64,000 bases of DNA from Eledone cirrhosa (lineage: Eukaryota): the NCBI GenBank assembly GCA_964016885.1, contig OZ024741.1, positions 31,248,001-31,312,000 of the forward strand, in the 5' to 3' direction. The position numbers were made by a program, and so were the translations under genes. Below are positions 56,701 through 64,000 of this stretch, in pieces (position 1 is the stretch's first letter; each line of letters opens with the position of its first letter). The notes beneath the pieces are model-generated. The model saw only the letters and a program-made list of their open reading frames with translations. It had not been told where the DNA came from and did not search any database.

Positions 56701-59700
56701 ATACTGTAAGACACATAGATACTGTAAGACACATATATACTGTAAGACACATATATACTGTAAGACACATATATATTGTAAGACACATATAAACTGTAAG
56801 ACACATAGATACTGTAAGACACATAGATACTGTAAGACACATATATATACTGTAAGACACATAGATACTGTAAGACACATATATACTGTAAGACACATAT
56901 ATACTGTAAGACACATATATACTGTAAGACACATATATTTACTTTAAGACACATATATACTGTAAGACACATATATACTGTAAGACACATATATACTGTA
57001 AGACACATAGATACTGTAAGACACATATATACTGTAAGACACATATATACTGTAAGACACATAGATACTGTAAGACACATCTATACTGTAAGACACATAT
57101 ATGCTGTAAGACATATATATACTGTAAGACACATAGATACTGTAAGACACATATATACTGTAAGACACATAGATACTGTAAGACACATAGATACTGTAAG
57201 ACACATATATACTGTAAGACACATATATACTGTAAGACACATATATACTGTAAGACACATATATACCGTAAGACACATATATACTGTAAGACACATATAT
57301 ACTGTAAGACACATATATACTGTAAGACACATATATACTGTAAGACACATTTATACTGTAAGACACATATATACTGTAAGACACATATATACTGTAAGAC
57401 ATATATATACTGGAAGACACATATATATACTGTAAGACACATATATACTGTAAGACACATCTATACTGTAAGACACATAGATACTGTAAGCCACATATAT
57501 ACTGTAAGACACATATATATACTGTAAGACACATATATACTGTAAGATACATCTATACTGTAAGACACATAGATACTGTAAGACACATATATACTGTAAG
57601 ACACATATATACTGTAAGACACATATATACTGTAAGACACATATATATACTGTAAGACACATATATACTGTAAGACACATATATACTGTTAGACACATAT
57701 ATATACTGTAAGACACATATATACTGTAAGACACATATATACTGTAAGACACATATATACTGTAAGACACATATATACTGTAAGACACATATATACTGTA
57801 AGACACATAGATACTGTAAGACACATATATACTGTAAGACACATATATACTGTAAGACACATAGATACTGTAAGACACATATATATACTGTAAGACACAT
57901 AGATACTCTAAGGCACATATATATACTGTAAGACACATAGATACTGTAAGACACCTATATACTCTAAGACACATATATATACTGTAAGACACATATATAC
58001 TGTAAGACACATATATACTGTAAGACACGTATATATACTGTAAGACACATATATACTGTAAGACACATATATACTGTAAGACACGTATATATACTGTAAG
58101 ACAAATATATACTGTAAGACACATATATTTACTGTAAGACACATATATACTGTAAGACACATATATACTGTAAGACACATATATACTGTAAGACACATAT
58201 ATACTGTAAGACACATAGATACTGTAAGACACATATATATACTGTAAGACACATAGATACTGTAAGACACATATATACTGTAAGACACATATATATACTG
58301 TAAGACACATATATACTGTAAGACACATATATACTGTAAGACACATATATACTGTAAGACACATAGATACTGTAAGACACATATATATACTGTAAGACAC
58401 ATATATACTGTAAGACACATATATACTGTAAGACACATATATACTGTAAGACACATATATATTGTAAGACACATATATACTGTAAGACACATAGATACTG
58501 TAAGACACATAGATACTGTAAGACACATATATATACTGTAAGACACATAGCTACTGTAAGACACATATATACTGTAAGACACATATATACTGTAAGACAC
58601 ATATATACTGTAAGACACATATATTTACTGTAAGACACATATATACTGTAAGACACATATATACTGTAAGACACATATATATAGTAAGACACATATATAC
58701 TGTAAGACACATATATTTACTGTAAGACACATATATACTGTAAGACACATATATACTGTAAGACACATATATACTGTAAGACACATAGATACTGTAAGGC
58801 ACATATATATACTTTAAGACACATAGATACTGTAAGACACCTATATACTCTAAGACACATATATATACTGTAAGACACATATATACTGTAAGACACATAT
58901 ATACTGTAAGACACGTATATATACTGTAAGACACATATATACTGTAAGACACATATATACTGTAAGACACGTATATATACTGTAAGACAAATATATACTG
59001 TAAGACACATATATTTACTGTAAGACACATATATACTGTAAGACACATATATACTGTAAGACACATATATACTGTAAGACACATATATACTGTAAGACAC
59101 ATAGATACTGTAAGACACATATATATACTGTAAGACACATAGATACTGTAAGACACATATATACTGTAAGACACATATATATACTGTAAGACACATATAT
59201 ACTGTAAGACACATATATACTGTAAGACACATATATACTGTAAGACACATAGATACTGTAAGACACATATATATACTGTAAGACACATAGATACTGTAAG
59301 ACACATATATACTGTAAGACACATATATACTGTAAGACACATATATATTGTAAGACACATATATACTGTAAGACACATAGATACTGTAAGACACATAGAT
59401 ACTGTAAGACACATATATATACTGTAAGACACATAGATACTGTAAGACACATATATACTGTAAGACACATATATACTGTAAGACACATATATACTGTAAG
59501 ACACATATATTTACTGTAAGACACATATATACTGTAAGACACATATATACTGTAAGACACATATATACTGTAAGACACATAGATACTGTAAGACACATAG
59601 ATACTGTAAGACACATATATATACTGTAAGACACATAGATACTGTAAGACACATATATACTGTAAGACACATATATACTGTAAGACACATATATACTGTA

Positions 59701-62700
59701 AGACACGTAGATACTGTAAGACACATAGATACTGTAAGACACATATATATACTGTAAGACACATAGATACTGTAAGACACATATATACTGTAAGACACAT
59801 ATATACTGTAAGACACATATATTTACTGTAAGACACATATATACTGTAAGACACATATATACTGTAAGACACATAGATACTGTAAGACACATGGTTACTG
59901 TAAGACACATATATATACTGTAAGACACATAGATACTGTAAGACACATATATACTGTAAGACACATATATATACTGTAAGACACATATATACTGTAAGAC
60001 ACATAGATACTGTAAGACACATAGATACTGTAAGACACATGTATACTGTAAGACACATATATACTGTAAGACACATATATACTGTAAGACACATAGATAC
60101 TGTAAGACACATATATATACTGTAAGACACATATATACTGTAAGACACATATATACTGTAAGACACATATATACTGTAAGACACATATATATACTGTAAG
60201 ACACATATATACTGTAAGACACATATATACTGTAAGACACATATATACTGTAAGACACATATATACTGTAAGACACATATATACTGTAAGACACATAGAT
60301 ACTGTAAGACACATATATACTGTAAGACACATATATACTGTAAGACACGTATATATACTGTAAGAGACATATATACTGTAAGACACATATATACTGTAAG
60401 ACACATATATACTGTAAGACACATAGATACTGTAAGACACATATATACTGTAAGACACATATATACTGTAAGACACATATATACTGTAAGACACATATAT
60501 ACCGTAAGACACATATATACTGTAAGACACATATATACTGTAAGACACATATATACTGTAAGACACGTATATATACTGTAAGACACATATATACTGTAAG
60601 ACACATAGATACTGTAAGACACATATATATACTGTAAGACACATATATACTGTAAGACACATATTTACTGTAAGACACATATATACTGTAAGACACATAT
60701 ATATTGTAAGACACATATATACAGTAAGACACATATATACTGTAAGACACATATATACTGTAAGACACATATATTTACTGTAAGACACATATATACTGTA
60801 AGACACATATATACTGTAAGACACATAGATACTGTAAGACACATAGATACTGTAAGACACATATATATACTGTAAGACACATAGATACTGTAAGACATAT
60901 ATACTGTAAGACACATATATACTGTAAGACACATATATATACTGTAAGACACATATATACTGTAAGATACATCTATACTGTAAGATACATCTATACTGTA
61001 AGACACATATATACTGTAAGACACATATATACTGTAAGACACATATATACTGTAAGACACATATATATACGGTAAGACACATATATACTGTAAGACACAT
61101 ATATACTGTTAGACACATATATATACTGTAAGACACATATATACTGTAAGACACATATATACTGTAAGACACATATATACTGTAAGACACATATATACTG
61201 TAAGACACATATATACTGTAAGACACATAGATACTGTAAGACACATATATACTGTAAGACACATATATACTGGAAGACACATAGATACTGTAAGACACAT
61301 ATATATACTGTAAGACACATAGATACTGTAAGACACATATATACTGTAAGACACATATATATTGTAAGACATATATATTGTAAGACACATATATACTGTA
61401 AGACACATAGATACTGTAAGACACATATATACTGTAAGACACATATATATACTGTAAGACACATATATACTGTAAGACACATATATATAGTAAGACACAT
61501 ATATACTGTAAGACACATATATTTACTGTAAGACACATATATACTGTAAGACACATATATACTGTAAGACACATATATACTGTAAGACACATAGATACTG
61601 TAAGACACATATATATACTGTAAGACACATAGATACTGTAAGACACCTATAAACTCTAAGACACATATATATACTGTAAGACACATATATACTGTAAGAC
61701 ACATATATACTGTAAAACACGTATATATAGTGTAAGACACATATATACTGTAAGACACATATATACTGTAAGACACGTATATATACTGTAAGACACATAT
61801 ATACTGTAAGACACATATATTTACTGTAAGACACATATATACTGTAAGACACATATACTGTAAGACACATATATACTGTAAGACACATATATACTGTAAG
61901 ACACATAGATACTGTAAGACACATATATATACTGTAAGACACATAGATACTGTAAGACACATATATACTGTAAGACACATATATATACTGTAAGACACAT
62001 ATATACTGTAAGACACATATATACTGTAAGACACATATATACTGTAAGACACATAGATACTGTAAGACACATATATATACTGTAAGACACATAGATACTG
62101 TAAGACACATATATACTGTAAGACACATATATATACTGTAAGACACATATATACTGTAAGACACATATATACTGTAAGACACATATATACTGTAAGACAC
62201 ATAGATACTGTAAGACACATATATATACTGTAAGACACATAGATACTGTAAGACACATATATACTGTAAGACACATATATACTGTAAGACACATATATAT
62301 TGTAAGACACATATAAACTGTAAGACACATAGATACTGTAAGACACATAGATACTGTAAGACACATATATATACTGTAAGACACATAGATACTGTAAGAC
62401 ACATATATACTGTAAGACACATATATACTGTAAGACACATATATACTGTAAGACACATATATTTACTTTAAGACACATATATACTGTAAGACACATATAT
62501 ACTGTAAGACACATATATACTGTAAGACACATAGATACTGTAAGACACATAGATACTGTAATACACATATATATACTGTAAGACACATAGATACTGTAAG
62601 ACACATATATACTGTAAGACACATAAATATACTGTAAGACACATATATACTGTAAGACACATATATACTGTAAGACACATATATACTGTAAGACACATAG

Positions 62701-64000
62701 ATACTGTAAGACACATATATACTGTAAGACACATAGATACTGTAAGACACATAGATACTGTAAGACACATAGATACTGTAAGACACATATATATACTGTA
62801 AGACACATAGATACTGTAAGACACATATATACTGTAAGACACATATATACTGTAAGACACATATATACTGTAAGACACATATATTTACTGTAAGACACAT
62901 ATATACTGTAAGACACATATATACTGTAAGACACATAGATACTGTAAGACACATAGATACTGTAAGACACATATATATACTGTAAGACACATAGCTACTG
63001 TAAGACACATATATACTGTAAGACACATATATACTGTAAGACACATATATAATGTAAGACACATATATACTGTAAGACACATATATACTGTAAGACACAT
63101 AGATACTGTAAGACACATCTATACTGTAAGACACATATATGCTGTAAGACATATATATACTGTAAGACACATAGATACTGTAAGACACATATATACTGTA
63201 AGACACATAGATACTGTAAGACACATAGATACTGTAAGACACATATATACTGTAAGACACATATATACTGTAAGACACATATATACTGTAAGACACATAT
63301 ATACCGTAAGACACATATATACTGTAAGACACATATATACTGTAAGACACATATATACTGTAAGACACATATATACTGTAAGACACATTTATACTGTAAG
63401 ACACATATATACTGTAAGACACATATATACTGTAAGACATATATATACTGGAAGACACATATATATACTGTAAGACACATATATACTGTAAGACACATCT
63501 ATACTGTAAGACACATAGATACTGTAAGCCACATATATACTGTAAGACACATATATATACTGTAAGACACATATATACTGTAAGATACATCTATACTGTA
63601 AGACACATAGATACTGTAAGACACATATATACTGTAAGACACATATATACTGTAAGACACATATATACTGTAAGACACATATATATACTGTAAGGCACAT
63701 ATATACTGTAAGACACATATATACTGTTAGACACATATATATACTGTAAGACACATATATACTGTAAGACACATATATACTGTAAGACACATATATACTG
63801 TAAGACACGTATATATACTGTAAGACAAATATATACTGTAAGACACATATATTTACTGTAAGACACATATATACTGTAAGACACATATATACTGTAAGAC
63901 ACATATATACTGTAAGACACATATATACTGTAAGACACATAGATACTGTAAGACACATATATATACTGTAAGACACATAGATACTGTAAGACACATATAT
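44716..64000. repeat. 18-bp satellite (ACTGTAAGACACATATAT)n, roughly 1,000 units, running off the window end
   Basis: Direct reading; the common variants are CATAGAT and a +AT 20-mer. Confidence 0.98.

Noticed and set aside
44411-63994. Long VSYSIY/MCLTVY/CVLQYI ORFs
   Set aside because: The 18-bp unit is a multiple of three and stop-free on the minus strand, so these are artefacts.
44716-64000. CRISPR-like or telomeric array
   Set aside because: There are no unique spacers and no TTAGGG-type unit; it is a plain satellite.

Overview
Eukaryotic, AT-rich, repeat-dominated genomic DNA with no recognisable host gene. The SINE families and huge (TA)n tracts suggest an octopod/cephalopod genome (inference). 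Bases 1-44.5 kb are degenerate (TA)n microsatellite seeded with retroelements: two Penelope-like elements (PLEs; RT plus C-terminal GIY-YIG), five co-oriented copies or fragments of a CR1/L2-group LINE, two tRNA-derived SINE families, and many short non-coding elements carrying minimal type I hammerhead ribozymes (HHRs). These include a 466-bp tandem 'retrozyme'-like array. At least seven PLE/HHR insertions share one architecture: a head-to-head inverted pair whose 3' ends point outward, usually into (TA)n. A 200-N gap (44516-44715) is followed by about 19 kb of an 18-bp satellite with a 5,524-bp higher-order duplication. Nearly all long ORFs in the supplied track are artefacts of simple repeats. 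Coordinates were read by eye and may be off by a few bases.
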